Source: Harriotta raleighana
Taxonomy: Eukaryota
Length of the DNA stretch: 64,000 nt
Direction of reading: 5' to 3'
NCBI GenBank assembly: GCA_050575255.1
Contig: JBNZDD010013681.1
Coordinates: 1,927,871 to 1,991,870, forward strand
Part shown: one piece after another, positions 41,811 through 56,130 of the stretch
Layout of the letters: each line of letters begins with the position of its first letter
Position numbering within the stretch: position 1 is the first letter of the stretch
Translations under genes and position numbers: made by a program
The notes under the pieces: generated by a model
The model's database searches: none
Seen by the model: only the letters and a program-made list of their open reading frames with translations
Told to the model about the DNA's origin: nothing

Positions 41811-43286
41811 TGCTACATGAGATACAGTTTCATGATGGGGCCTGTATCCTAAACTATCACAAGAGGTCATAAGCTTGGGGACCCTAGAGTGTGTGTTGGA
41901 TTTACTGCTGGAATTTAACTAGTTAAATCGCATAGTTTTCTGCATAGTTGTCTGGCAAACATCTTGTTATCTAACACCACGCTAGCAGCCGCTTTGGTTT
42001 TCTGGTTAAAAGGAGCTGAGTGTGAAGATTCCCTGCTCCTCGTGATTAATCTGCCCTCTCCGCATCCTGCTGATGCAGTCAGGCTGGCTGGTCTGTTATC
42101 AGCCTTGCCCTGGAATACGGTAGGCCTGCTTGGCTCAAGAATCAAACAACTGAGACTGTCACAAAGTATTGACTTGATCGCTGAGCGCATCGCCTTGAAA
42201 CCATCCCAGATGAAAATTTCCACTTGTAGGTGGCATACATATACGGAATTCCCAAGTCTGATTTGGATGCTCTTAAGCTTGGTGATGGGTCAGACACCGG
42301 CTGTCCAAAAAGAAAGTCCTACACGAGATCCAATTAAGACATTCCTATTCCCAGTTTTCAGAAGAGAGAGAAAATGTTCTCTATCTCTATATGATTAAGC
42401 ATGCAAGTGTCAAAGCGGTGATGACAGAAACACTTTAGTTAATGCTTCAGAAGTGATATGTCTGAAAAGTACTTTCACTGCAATTTAGGTATTTTAAATG
42501 CCATGACCACAGTGCAAAGGATAACCAATTTCCCAGATAGTTACAAAAACAGAAGTTGCTGGGATCACTCAGCAGATCAGGCAGCATCCATAGAGAAAGG
42601 AAAGTGAGTCAAAATGCTTCACAGACTACACGTAAAGCGCAGTGTGATTTATAGGTAAATGTGACAGCCAATTTGCGCCCAGCAATGAATGACCCACAAA
42701 CAGCCATTAAACAATTTTGTTTTTAAACAGCTCAAACATCAATAGTAGGGCAATGTCTCGAATATCAGATCTTATTGCTCTTCAATGGTTAGTAAAGAGC
42801 TCTTAGGTAACATCCTGCATGAACGTGAGCCAAGGGGAATAGGATGAAACTGGCTGCAGCCAGCATTGGCACACAGGTGAAAGCAGGTCTGTTAGATGGC
42901 TCCTTTTTTCTGGCTTCTCACTGACTATTTTCCTGCCTCATGCGCCTGAAATCCTGGTAAGCAGGTGGATGCTCTGGAATGGACAAAGACTGACTGTGTT
43001 GGGCCTGAAGGAGAATATCAGTTGTCTGTTTTAAAAATTAATTCTGACCAACCATTCAAGATATGGACTGTATTTTTCTTGGTCTGAACCTAATAGCCAA
43101 ATGAGTCTTGACTTTACAGAGATATAAATCTCTATATTTTCAGAGATATCTTTATCTTTAAATGGGTCTTATCTTTACATTAATTTGGATTTGCAAAGAA
43201 ACTAAAGTCTGGATTTCTTAACTATCATGACATTCCCAATTCTAAAAAATGTCTTAAAGCGTATTTTTCCCATTGTACTCCTCAAT

Positions 43287-43519
43287 AGTCCTGTAGCTCA
43301 GTGGTTAGACCACTCACTTTACAAGGGAGAGACTTGGGATAGATTCCAGGCAGGGCGAAACCTTGGGCAAGTTTCCTTACTCCATGCGCTTTATCATAAT
43401 CCCTCAAAAAAAACAATGATAATTTTGTCACTCAATCCACGACTGTTTGTGGGACACTGCTGTGCACAATTGGCTGCCATGTTCCATCCACAAATATACA
43501 ATCAATTCACTTTATAGTA
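43287..43519 (+). mobile_element. tRNA-headed DeuSINE-type SINE, cut by a MITE before its tail
   Basis: CCTGTAGCTCAGTGGTTAGA...GATTCCAGGCAGGGCGAAACCTTGGGCAAGTTTCC plus core; homologous to 15036-15315. Confidence 0.88.
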
Positions 43520-43852
43520 CATTCTCCATTCATCCGGCACACTCGGGGGGGGGATCGACTAATTGACTGTGCCGGATAAGTTGCTGAAATCCCAACATTA
43601 AAAATTAACTTATTTTAAAACATACCATGTTAATAATAGACTAAATAGTAACAGAATATTGTGTGGATACACATAAAGCATTCCAGCACACTTGGTAAAA
43701 AACCCAAGTTCGTACGTTTAATAAGTGCGTATGCGCACGCATTGCACGCATGCACAAAGTGAGCAAACTTGAGATTGCTGGAATGCGGAATTGCCCCTGG
43801 AGGGGGTCGAGCAATCCGGTTGATTGGGTCACGGATAAACAAGGTTTTACTG
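43520..43852 (-). mobile_element. MITE (subfamily B), reverse orientation, left TIR eroded
   Basis: Ends CGGATAAACAAGGTTTTACTG-TA. Body is the reverse complement of 49965-50349 and 59431-59831. Confidence 0.87.
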
Positions 43853-46599
43853 TATTCTTATTACAGTACTGTACCGCTTTTTATCTAGGAGGTGCATTAA
43901 GGTATTGAAGTTAAGTGTTTTTTGTCTGAGTTCAATCAATGTTCAGCTGTAAGCAGTAGGTATTGAAATGTTTACTACTGCATTATAAGTATAATATAAT
44001 ATAGACAAACCATCTTCCTAAACATTGTGTACATTACATTCATTATTGTGGAAGGGCAAACCTAATAAACTCTACCATTAATAATTTCATTTTTAGTAAT
44101 GATACAGCAAAATCAGTTTCAGTTCGTTGACATACTTTTAAACCCAAGTAATTTTAATATCAATATTTGAAAATCATAAACGATAGCTGTAAAATCAAAT
44201 AGTGAAACAGCCTTTTAAAATTTTCAAAGTTGATTTTTTAAAATCTGGATTACTGAAAATTAAACATTACAACAACAAAATAAAACAAAATTACATTTAT
44301 AGAATGCCTTTCACGTCGGGAGGACGTCGCAAACGTATTATATGTTTCATATAATAAATAATAATCCTTGCCTTTGATATAACACCTAATCACGTCTTTG
44401 AGACATCTCAAAGTGCTTCACAGAATATACTATAAAGTGAATTGACTATATATTTTGCAAGCAAAATGCACACAAAATATATATAGCCAGTTATGGTTCC
44501 AAAATAGACTGCAAAAAGTAAGCCAATTCTTTATGTACATATAATTATTTTGAACAACCTTCTTAATGAAGAGTTTACTAAGAGCTCAGGAACCAAACAA
44601 TTTGGATAGGAATACAGAAGACCATTCTGGTCTCTGGCAATTCCAAAGTAAAACTGAATTAATTAATTCAATAAATAAATAATCTCTCAAATCAACTCCA
44701 TCTCTCAAATATCTCAATCAATTGTTTTGAAATAGAGGAGGAAAAATAAAACTCTTTGACAAATAATTCTAGTGAATAGAGAAATACTGTATTCTTTTTT
44801 TTTATTAGCGATTCTTCCCTCTGCTTTATACACAGCGTGTTAGCCCCATCTCATAGCATTTCCTCACCTTCTTTTGCCAGAAGGCAAGGAAACGAGAGGG
44901 AATAGCACTGAATTGCAATCCGGCCAACACTAACAACAGAGAACATTTATATAGTGTCTTTCACGTGAAAGAATGTCTCAAAGCACTTTACAATATAAAT
45001 GGTGGGCATCGAGTAGGGAAATAAAAAATGTAAGATATTGACTAAAGGAATACTCAAAGAGATATATTCTTGGGAGGGTTTGGAACATCACACACCAGTG
45101 TAGTGAAATGGAATGCATAATCTACTATGTGAAAAATAACTGGAGGTGAGACATCTCATTGACATGATTAGACGCTTTACGAAATGCAGGGTTTATTTTT
45201 CTTATAATTATTGAAAGCTATGAATAAAATGAACTTGAGCAGCAAATAACCTCAACAATGGGCATGAACAGTGAAGGATAAAATTGAAGTTAGACAGCGG
45301 AAGGCATGTAGCAGCAGAGGTGTCCTTTATAGAAGTGGGTTTGCAGTTATTGAAGGTGCTTGTTCAAAAGATGGACAATTTGTTTCCAGGTGAACAAAAT
45401 ATAGTATGAATAGTTTCCACTCACATTAATGCATTAAAGTGATAAAATGCTGTGCTAAAAAATTTACAGGGATAAAAAATGGGATGGGATGTATCACCAC
45501 TGTTAACTATCACGTCGCTGAATATTGTGGTCCACACAAACGTTTGCATGTGAGCCCCCCACCCTCGCCTTTAACACATACAATTGGTCCCAAATCAGCC
45601 AAATTTCTTCACGAGTACTGACTCCCACTGTTGTTTCCACCTGTGGAGCTCAGCATGTTGCCAAACACTAATTCAGTGATGATGATCACATCACACTCCA
45701 CAATTTGTCTTCCCACACATTTATTTTGAAGTTTGGAACTTCAGTTCTGAACCATCTCCAACATCGTTTATATACTCCACTTAGTTGTATTGTCGGCACA
45801 TTTTGTAACATACACTTCTCCCACTTCTCCATGCATGCGGAAATTGACCTTCAAGTCACTGGCAAGTCATTGTTTCAGATAGACACCACAGATCTGTTTG
45901 AAAATTGCCATTACTTACAGTGGTAACACCCCCAAACCACTAAAGCTTTATCCAGAAAGATTACATTTAAAAACAGTGGTATTGTCAAAAGATGCAAAGG
46001 GAGACATCTACTCATGAAAAAGGTACTCGCTCTCTTTATAAGTTACATCCTATATTATTATTATTGTGATCTGCCGCACAAACAATGATCTCCCTCAATA
46101 TGAGTACTTTACTTTTGGACATTCTTAAGTTATGTGCATCATTGTAATATACAATTTCATAAAGACACCGCAGCCATCAAAGGAAGATCAACACATATAA
46201 CTCATGTAACATTTGTCAAATAATAATCCTTACATTGGGCAAAAACAAAGGAATTAGCATTTGGGAATCAGATTATTATTTTTAGTTTAATAATACTTTC
46301 ATTTGGTACAGTAACTTTTACACCAGGAAGATGTCTCAAATGGCTTCACAGATTATGACTGTAAAGTGTGGTGAATACAGTGAATTTTCCTACTCTCCTT
46401 CCCCCTACCATGACCCCTCCCCCCCTGCTCTGGTTCCTACCTCTTTCCCCCATTTTCTTCCCTGTTTTCTTCTCCCCACACCGACCCCTCCCCTGCTCTG
46501 GTCCCTACTCTGGGACGTGGTTGTATTCTGTGAAGTGCTTTGAGACGTCGATAAGATGTGGAAAGCGCTATATAAATGTAAAGATTATTATTCATTACA

Positions 46600-46925
46600 G
46601 CAGTTCATTCGCATGCAATAATGTGCCACAAACAGTTACAAAGTCAATGACTATCGATAATTGAGGGACCAATTTCCAAGGACACCAGTAGAAACTGCAT
46701 CCTTTTTTCAAACAGTGCCATGTAATCTTTAACATCCACTTGAACAGACAGACAGGATCTCAATTTAATATCTCATCTGAGAAATGGCACCTCCAAAATT
46801 ACAGCTCTTTTCTCTAGTAATGCATTGGAATATCAGCCTAGACAATGAAACCTCAAAGTATCAATGCGGATCTTGAACCCACAACCTTCTGACTTGAGGC
46901 AAGACTGCTACCAAATGAGCCAGAC
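46600..46925 (-). mobile_element. SacSINE1-like DeuSINE
   Basis: Reverse complement begins GGCTCATTTGGTAGCAGTCTTGCCTCAAGTCAGAAGGTTGTGGGTTCAAG and includes GTGGATGTTAAAGATTACATGGCACTG. Confidence 0.78.
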
Positions 46926-47254
46926 AGACACTATCCCATAAAGTCACTTGAATAAGAATCTACACATAAAATCACTGAATGCTTAATCAACAGAGATTCA
47001 TGAAGTGACAAGTTATGTTTTCTCAAGTTTTTTAAAATATTTAAATGTAAACTTTTTTAAAATTATAAATGCAGTGATCACTGAAACAGGTTTGTATAAA
47101 AGTTTGATCAACAACAACAACTTGGATTTATATAGCGCTCTCCGCGCCGGACAGAGTCTCAGAGCGCTTCACAATAACAGATCCCGTGGCTGAGCCAGGC
47201 GAAGGGCGAAAAAGGTGACCAAAAGCATGGTCGAAAAGAAAGCTTTACATATTA

Positions 47255-48054
47255 CAGTAAAACCTTGTTTATCCGTGACTCGAATAATCGGAAAACCCAT
47301 TCAACCGCCATCTCATAAAAAAAGTCCCGATCTGACTAACCGGAAGTTATCCGGCGACGCGTTGAAAGTCGGGTCTAAAATCGTTCCGGGTCCTTTTAAA
47401 AGTCGCAGTTTTTTACCTTGTTCGAGTTTAATCCTGACAGTCAATGCATCGCCAGATAACTTCTGCCCTTCATTGGAACCATAATAAATACTGCTACAGG
47501 TAGCGGCCAGAGATGAAGGGAGGAAATGGAGTGGAGAGAAAGAGGGGCGTGGGGGGAATGAGATATGGGGAAAGGGAGAGAGAGAGATAGGGAAAAGCAT
47601 AATGGAGTGAGACAGAGATGGAAATGGCAGGCAGGTTGATGCAGAGAGAGAGAGAGGGGGAGGGAGAGAGAGGAAAGGGATGGCGGGGTGAGATTTGAAG
47701 ACAGAATTTATATGATGGATTCAGACTGAATATCTTTGAGGATCTGTGTGTGTGTGTCTGTCTTTCTGTGTGTCTATGTGTGTGTGTGTGCTGGCCGTTA
47801 GGTCTAAACTCATTGCTTTTTAAAGTTGTGTTTTTTACCTCCCGTTGAATCAGTGCTGCGATTGCGAAGTTAAGTATAAATAATAATGTACTAATAGAAT
47901 ATTCTGTTATTATTTAGTCCATTATTAATATGGTATGTGTTAAAATATGTTTTACATTTTTTTTTACAAAAATTATATTTTCCGTTCAGCCGGAAAAGGC
48001 GTTTGACCACCACTGGCCAGGTCTCGTGGGTGCCAGATAAACAGGATTTTACTG
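47255..48054. mobile_element. MITE (subfamily A) with GA/GT-rich internal segment
   Basis: TA-CAGTAAAACCTTGTTTATCCG ... GATAAACAGGATTTTACTG-TA. Confidence 0.9.
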
Positions 48055-48864
48055 TAATAGCAAAACAAGAGTGAATCTTAGTGCCATATTTAATGGCCAT
48101 AATTACTGACCAACTGAAGAGGAAATACATGTAAATATTTAAAAATACATTATTAATATCTTTCTGTAGGCCACCTAATTTCTGTAGTTATTCTCGCCTC
48201 AGGGATCATTTATAGCAGCTGATTGTCTGCCTAGTACAGTGCAGCATTTACGCAGCCTTGTGATTACTCAGTCTGGGATATTTAGAGTATCCATACAAAC
48301 ATGATGTAAACAGGATTGGAGTAAGGCCAAACACAAAGGAAAATTACTGAATCTTGACATTCATCTTTAGATATGTTGATAGGAAAACTCTTGGGTGATG
48401 GATCCTTTCTTGGCTGAATTTCCCGGATTCTGGCAATGCAATAGTCTTTGGAGTAGCGAAGGTAGCATTTCTAGTTCCTAGCATTCAGAAGCTCTGCAGA
48501 CGATATGTCCACTGGAATCTGGATATTCTCCTTTTCCACAGATGATAATGGCATATAGCCATAAGTAAATTCACATGCTTAATGTTTACAATGTTTTTCA
48601 TTACTGCTGGTACCCACCCACCAGATTAAAATATTTCACATATTATCCCTGTGGGGTTTCCACTAGAAAATCTACCATGGCAATGATATGGAGAGTACAG
48701 AAATGCCATGCAGGCAGGCAGTATGTGACAAAGGAGAGGTAGTTCATCAAGGTAGCTCAGTGGGCTGAGACTTAAGACTTGAAATGTCCTGGCAAAAACC
48801 TACGTGAAATCATTCAACCCTTCATCCTTTCAAACTTAGTAAAATATGCACTTTTTAAAATATA

Positions 48865-49766
48865 CAGTTAACCCTTCGCACTCAACAAAATTGCGTTGGA
48901 GAAGCTTAAGAAGTAATGGGAAAAGGGATGTTAGGGGAATCTAGTCGCAGGCTATCTACCTCAAGCCTCCAGGGACATCCAAATGCAAGCTGCCTGGCCT
49001 GCTACTCGCTCCGCTCGCCTCTCCTCACTCTTGTTGCTCCCCGCCAACTCTTTCTGCTCTCGTCTTTCCTACCACCCAGGAAGTGGACAAATCAGGGAGA
49101 GCCCAGGAGGGAGGCAAAGAGAAATCGGTGACTCGGGGACGGGGGGAACGCGGGAGCGGGCAGGGGGGGAAGAGAGCCGCTCGGAGGTGCAAGGTGGGGG
49201 GAGCAGAGAGCCTGTTTAGGGGTGAGGGGGGACTCGGGGAGGTGGGGAGCAGAGAGCCACTCGGGGGTGGGCGGGGGGCAGAGAGCCGCAGGCAGTCGGG
49301 ACGGGAGACACAGAAAGGTTACAGCCAGCTTTATTATCGCTTTATTGTTACAAAATGATAACAAAGCAGTAAAGCAATAAAAAAAATGCAATAAAGCAAT
49401 AAAACAACAGCTAGGCTAAATCACTGTATGAGACTCTCTCTATCTGTCTCTTCTGTTTACCATGCATTGCCATAGGATGCTACGAGGCAGAAGAGTTATT
49501 GTATTTATCCAAGAATGCATTGCGTGCGGGCCAGCCAGCCGAGAAATCATCGGCTTTAGTTGGGATCTGCTGGCCTCATCAAATGCCGAGGAATCATCGG
49601 ATTTAGTCGGGAGCTATTGGCGTCCTCACCCGTGCGCATGTGCGCGGGGTCCAGCCAGCGCATATACACAAGTTTTGCTCGCCCTGCACAAAAAAGTGAT
49701 GCTTTTGTTTCGTCGCATATACTTGAATTCGCAATTGATAAAGTCGCATTCGATGAGGGTTAACTG
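48865..49766. mobile_element. Non-autonomous DNA transposon with GC/CpG-rich interior
   Basis: 11-bp terminal inverted repeat CAGTTAACCCT ... AGGGTTAACTG. Left flank TA, right flank TG. No transposase ORF. Confidence 0.7.
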
Positions 49767-49964
49767 TGTGTATATATATGTATATAAACAATGCAGCCCA
49801 CCACTAAACAATGCAGCAAATATCCTATGTATATATAGACAGTAAAACCNACACCTTGTCAAAGAAAAAAGAAATATTCTATGATCATGATAATATCCGA
49901 AGGATTTCAAAGATTGTTACATGGACCACTAAACAATGCAGCAAATATCCTATGTATATATAGA

Positions 49965-50349
49965 CAGTAAAACCTTGTTCATTTGTGACCCGATCAACCG
50001 GATTGCTCTACCCCCTCCCGGGCCAATTCCCCATTCCAGCAATCGCAAGTTTGCTCACTTTGCACATGCATGCAATGCGTGCACATGCTCACTTAATAAA
50101 CTTCTGAACTTGGTTTTTTTACCGATCGGTAAAAATGGTGTTTTACCGATTTTTTCCCAACTGAGCTAGAATGCTTTATTGGTAAGTATCCATACAATAT
50201 TCTGTTACTATGTAGTCTATTATTAACATGGTATGTTTTAAAATAAGTAAATTTTTAATGTTGGGTTTTCGGCAACTTGTCCCTCGTTTATCCGGCACAG
50301 TCAATTAGTCGACCCCCCCTAAGCGGGCTGAATAAACAAGATTTTAATG
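49965..50349 (+). mobile_element. MITE (subfamily B)
   Basis: CAGTAAAACCTTGTTCATT ... AATAAACAAGATTTTAATG-TA. Body GTGACCCGATCAACCGGATTGCTC shared with 59431. Confidence 0.87.
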
Positions 50350-51272
50350 TATTACACTATAATAATAATCATGTTGTCACTTAATCCACAATTGTTTGTG
50401 GGACACTGCTGTGCACAAATGGCTCCTGCATTTCGCCTACAAAACACAAAGTGTATTCTATGAAGCTCTTTGAAACGTCTCAACGACGTGATAAGGTACT
50501 ATATCAAATACAGGGATTATTATTATATCCCGAAAATCCTTCTGAGAAGGCAGAAAGTAATTGGGACTCCACTCAGAACTTAATTAGCTCAAAGCAGTCA
50601 CATCTAGGAGGTCTGCAGTGGTATAGCGCAAACATGTCTTTAATTCTGTACATCAAAGCCTTAATGTACTAATGGGTGGTCCAATTCGGACAAGAATTGT
50701 AATTACTAGAATGTAAAGAGAATAGCACTAGCTGGAGTTCATCACCCGATATTCACTATATCAAATGCAAAGATTAACCAAACCTTCACCGAACAGTCCA
50801 TCCAGGTGAGCCATGGGCTGCTGCAATCAGATGTGGGCCCTAGAACATCACTGCACAGAGAATTTTTCTTAAACTCTCCTATTACTACTGATACCCTGCG
50901 CTCACCCACCCACCAAAATATAACTGTGGCTGGAGTCTTTTCCACTAGAAATTAAGAGATGAGTTGGTAATACAGTACCTCCCATGGATTACCTTCTTCA
51001 ACACTTCAAAAAGAATATATTCTGCCAGCATTAATGGCATTAGCAACATTGCTTAACCTGTTGGCAACATGTTATAAAGGTGCTACACCTGCAACTGAAA
51101 TAAACCAGGTGACCCACAAACTGAAGCCAAAGTAGAATCGGCAGGAATTTTATTGCAACAATTCTAAGATTTAAAGTTGCCTATACTTAGTATTTCTTGT
51201 TTGCGTTAGGGATTTCTTTACTAGTTTTATATTACTGAAATGAATAGTTTTTATTGCACTGTTAGAATAATA

Positions 51273-51490
51273 GGGGTGGTTCTCCACTGGTCGGTAAATT
51301 TACAGACCTTGGCAGACAATAATGCTTTATTCTCTGCTGGTCGGTAAATTTACGTACCTTGGCAATGCGTGGTAATATGTGAAAATCCCATTATACGTTC
51401 ACATCGCCAAGATCTGTAAATTTGCCGACCAGCAGAAATGTTGTCGCCTGCCAAGGTCTGTAAATTTACTGATCTTCAGTGAATCGTCCC
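51273..51490. mobile_element. Fold-back/palindromic MITE-like element
   Basis: Two direct copies of CTGGTCGGTAAATTTAC..ACCTTGGCA (51287, 51337), mirrored by two inverted copies (about 51406, 51449). Ends GGG...CCC. Confidence 0.7.
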
Positions 51491-54400
51491 AAATGTCTCA
51501 CAAAAGACTAAAGAAGTATTTTCGGAATCTTGTTTGAAGGACTTTGTGGAGAGTAAATCGAAATTCAGAAATATTCAACTAGCTGGCTTTTCTGTCCCCC
51601 AATACTTTATAGTGATCCTACCTCATCCAGCCATTCATGATCATTATCAACAGAAATAAAGTGAACCTTTATTTTAAACAAACTTAATACTTGCACAGCA
51701 ACTATCATGATCAAATCTTACTTGCTGGATATATTGGTTTCATTATGACGTTACAAAAACATGAAGTTGAATTAAGCTTAAATTAAGAGGCAATAGTTCT
51801 GCTAAATATTTAGTGTGGTACAAGTGCATTGTTTCCACTTTTTCCCAGTGTTAAGTGGTGCTGTGCAGATGACATGATGTAATTCAAATGAATCCAGCTG
51901 CTGCATGAATGAATAATTCGAGAGCATTTATAGATAACCAGTTCAACTCAAACTCCAAATTAAACTCAACCTCAGAAATGGTAAATCATTTAAGATACAG
52001 TACTTTTATTGTACACAAATCAGACCCCAGAAAGGCAACTCTGAAACCATTTCATCTCAACATTGGGCCTGAATTTCCTCTGTTGGTGTCAGAAAAAATG
52101 TAGCCTTGCATAAATGTGTGGGGGGAAATATCAGGAGAGCAGATTAAGAAATTATCCCCTAGTCTTGAAATTTCTACACGCTTAAAAATTTAAGAGTAAC
52201 ATGTGTAAAATTCCAGAATTACTTTTCTCTAAGTCAGATCTACAGTTGATCAAATCTGAATAGTTAACAAAGGAAGACTTTAATGTATCATTCACAGCAG
52301 GTTTTTAGGGGTGAGCCGGGTGTCTGACACACGCGGAAACCCATCCCCATGCTTAAGAGTATCAAAACCAATTTCCTTGAGATTTCCATGCATCCCATCT
52401 ACATGTGGAAATCCCAGAGATAGATGGTTGGAATGGTATGCACACTCTCTCCCTGGAGGGACACATTCTGCTTACCTATTGAAGTGGATAGCACAAAGAC
52501 ATTTTCCAGCTGAGAGCATGTAGTATTAGCAGGTACAGTATTTGGAAATCAGAAAATGTAATGCACGGCTGAACATTTACACACAACCATATCATGTGAA
52601 AGCAATATCTTTGCATATATCTCTACCTTTGTAATTAATCATATTGGGATGACAGCCTGATTTGAAAGGACTATATAGATGTAATTTGGCTGTTATTGTT
52701 AACATATTCTAGAGGTTTTCCCCAGCACAAAGGACATTAAAAAATGTCAGCATTTCAAATGTGTGCATATGAAATATATTACATGAAATTTGTTTATTAT
52801 GTAAATATCTGTAATGTTAGTGCCAGAGTCAAGTCTGCAAATGGCCTTTCACTGTGGGAATCCAGTATTCAGTGAAACAACAACAAAATTAATTTGCACA
52901 GCGCCTTTCATGGCTTGCATCCTGGAGAGCAGGGGTTAATGCAAATTGAGTAAGGTCACTGTTTTATCTAGATTTGGCTTTACCTAAATGGACTTGTGTG
53001 TGTATCTGGGCCAGAAGTTAGAAACTGGATTGTGAACAGCATTGAGAGGCATCTGGAAGCAAACCCTGGCATAAAAACTATCATTTGATGCCATCATCTA
53101 GCCATCGGACATCGAAAGGTTCAGTTTCAGAACCTGGTTCTGTACGGGAAAGAAAGCTTGTGTATTTGACTTATTTCAGGCTATTAATTATGATGTGGGT
53201 GGTACATGCATTCATCTGGGCTTTGAACTGGATTTTAACACATCCTCCTGACGTGAAAGGCTCTATAGAAGTGTAATTTTGTTGTTGTTGTTAGCCAACA
53301 TCCTCAACTTGCCTTGGCAGTCTCCTTATCATGAAATGCAAGGACTCCTCTCCAAAACATGATCTGTTCTGTCACCAGGAATGTCGATTTCTTGGGTGTA
53401 AGAAGTGTGAGATCCATGTTTGGGATCTTTAGAAAAGGTGAGTTTTCATGAGTATCAAGTAATTGAAGAGGCTACGGAACCATATATGACCAGTGTACAA
53501 ACTCTGATTTGTGACCTATTTGCAGTGGAAGTCAGAGAATGATCAGCTAACCATATGGGTAATAATATTCCATAAGAATGTAACGCCCTGGCATGTTGCA
53601 TCCATGTTAATTCCTCAGAAGATGCACAGTACTGATTCCCAAAGGACCCTGAAGCCTTGCTTGATGGCCAAATATGACAGTTTTCTGACTGCTCATTGTT
53701 CCTTATTGCAGATTGGAATATATCAGGCATTGGAAGTTCAACGGTGGAGCAATCTCTCCACTACAGCTTCTATCTGCTTCCGTTCTGAGGTTGACCATTG
53801 GGGTTCAGAGTGGAATAGCAGTTAATTACATAGTGGTCAATGGTTAGCTACACCTTAGACTATCCAACTGCATTGTTTAGTGTCATGGAAAACTTCAGAC
53901 AACTGATCAATTACTTTTTGCATCCAATCCTGTTTTTGAGGTATGACTGCCAGGTCAGAGTGACTTATGCCCCTTGTGTGCTAGGAGTCATTTTGCCAAA
54001 GTACTGAGCAATATTTTTTGTGTGGTCAACCAAATGTGTGAAAATAAACCTAGATGTTCCACGAAACTTAACGGGAGCAGGCCCAAGGAACTGTCAAACA
54101 CGATCAACAATCGACAGTGTGATGGACAGCTGCTCTCCTCTTTCCATCTGTATTGTTACCTGGCACAGAGTGATTTATTAGATGGACAGCCATCCAAGCC
54201 AACGGGTGCCTTTTCTGAAGTCCTTCAGTTGGATTCCAATTCCAAGTGTTAAGCACTTGAGGTTGTAATCAAATCACAAATACAGATATAATAATAATTC
54301 TTGCATTTAATATAGAGCCTTAGCATGTCGTCGAGGCATCTTGAAGCACTTCAGAGAATATATAAAAAGGGAACTTACAGCTGTGCCTAATCCTGTTCTC

Positions 54401-55667
54401 TCCCAAAATTGGTTAATACAAAAAAAGCACATTGCCTTGTGCTTAGTTGGCTGATTCCTGATTCAATATCCAAACCCATTGGGTTCATGTAACAAGATAG
54501 TTTTGAAAATGCTTGCAAGAAAATTACCAAACACACAAAAATGATAAATGAGGCTTCACTGTTGAATTCAGTTCCAGCTTGAAGAAAGATCATTATTACA
54601 CATATCTAAAAATATACGCTGTGAATAAGATCTCATTGCAACAATGATGCATTCTCTCCGAGAAGTCAGTAACTCTTTAGTCCTGTTGTGATTTTCTCAT
54701 CCATCACCAAATTCTGATGTCACAACTTTGCAGTTGCTCCCATTGCTTCCAAACATTTTGAATTGCACTTCTGACTGTGCACACATGATCAATAGAATTA
54801 CTCAAGTAATTAAAAAATGTTACTGTATATTTACTAAATATGACCCCTACACACATGCACAATTGGTTGCTTACAATTAAATTAATGCAAACTAAATTGC
54901 AACCACCTTTGAGGATTTATGAAAATGAGTTAGTGATACTTCATAAAATTCACTTAGCAGATCTTATGACCATTTTTAATGAACCCATAAATTCCATGTT
55001 GTTGTTTACTTTTGCAGTAGACAAAAGTAGATTGCAGGATCTTAGGACAGGAATGTTATAGGGATGTATACAACATATATGATAAGAATGCCCCAGTTTT
55101 GATCCCCAATCTGCGCTGGTTTAGCTAATCACAGCCAGGGTGAGGATATCACTACAACTGATTATGTGCATGCACAATAATGGGGGTTCATAGTACAACT
55201 GCATTACAAGAGAAGCTGTGCTTTAATAAAGGGTGTTATGACAGGACTGTACTGTACTTAGCCCCCTTAATGTAGGGTTGCAGACATGAATTTTGGGATA
55301 CATCAGGCTTAGGCACAGCTGTAAGTTCCTCTGCAGTCAAACATCCTGCTGATAGTTAGCTCATTTTCTGGGCTAACTTATGAAGAAAAGTCTACTATGT
55401 CAAGGTTCAAAGGATCCTTGGTACCAAAGAACCATAACACAGCATGTAACAGGACCTTCACCAGGAGAGGGGAAAAGCGAGAAAATGAAATGTGATCAGA
55501 AATAGCCTAAAGAATAATTTTCCAAATTGTGCTTTAAACATTTTAGGATTTTAAATATTTGCAAAATGTATTTTCTGTTTTGTTTTGCAATCAGTTATAA
55601 TTTTAATCTTTGTAAACATGAATATGAAATGCACATTGAGATTCAGAAGCCTTTTATATTAGTATAA

Positions 55668-56130
55668 CGACAACAACAAAACATTTGTAGAGCTCCTTTC
55701 ATGCTGGGAGGATGTCCCAAGGAGCTGAACACTTAGAGGTAAGGACCTGAGCAGAGGTGAAGGGTTGGGGGGAGGGGGCAGGGTTGGTATGAGGGAGAGT
55801 AGAGAGGTAGGGTAGCAACTGAAGGCACGGTGGAAAAGGGAGGGTTTATGAATCGGGCCTTGAAGGAGGCAAGTTAGGGAGCAAGACGAAGCGATTGTGG
55901 GATGCCGGAGTGTGCTGAACAGAAGGAGCAGATAGATTGATAGGGTGTCAGCAGATCAGAGAGGTAGGAGTGGGCAAGCCCATGATGGCCTTGAAAGTGA
56001 GGATCTTGATTTCTATCCTCTGAGAGATAGTGGAGCCAGCCGAGGGTGTGGTGATGGGGTCATAGAGCCTGGTGCGGGAGTGGACACAAGCCGCAGTTTT
56101 GGATGATCTGCAGCTTGTGGAGGGAAGAGT
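55668..56130 (-). mobile_element. Degraded L2-clade LINE 3' fragment
   Basis: Minus frame gives SRTRLYDPITT...QRIEIKILTFKA; tail CCTTGGGACATCCTCCCAGCATGAAAGG. Confidence 0.8.

Noticed and set aside
41915-42398. Overlapping 144-aa (+) and 102-aa (-) ORFs in unique sequence
   Set aside because: Non-ATG start for the longer ORF, no recognisable domain and no convincing splice context; kept only as a possible conserved non-coding block.
48990-49330. CpG-island-like patch as an internal promoter
   Set aside because: It lies within a TIR-bounded element and is dominated by G-rich repeated motifs; nothing else supports a transcription start.
51287-51475. CRISPR-like repeat-spacer pattern
   Set aside because: Only two direct units plus two inverted units, in a vertebrate intron with no cas genes; better explained as a fold-back element.
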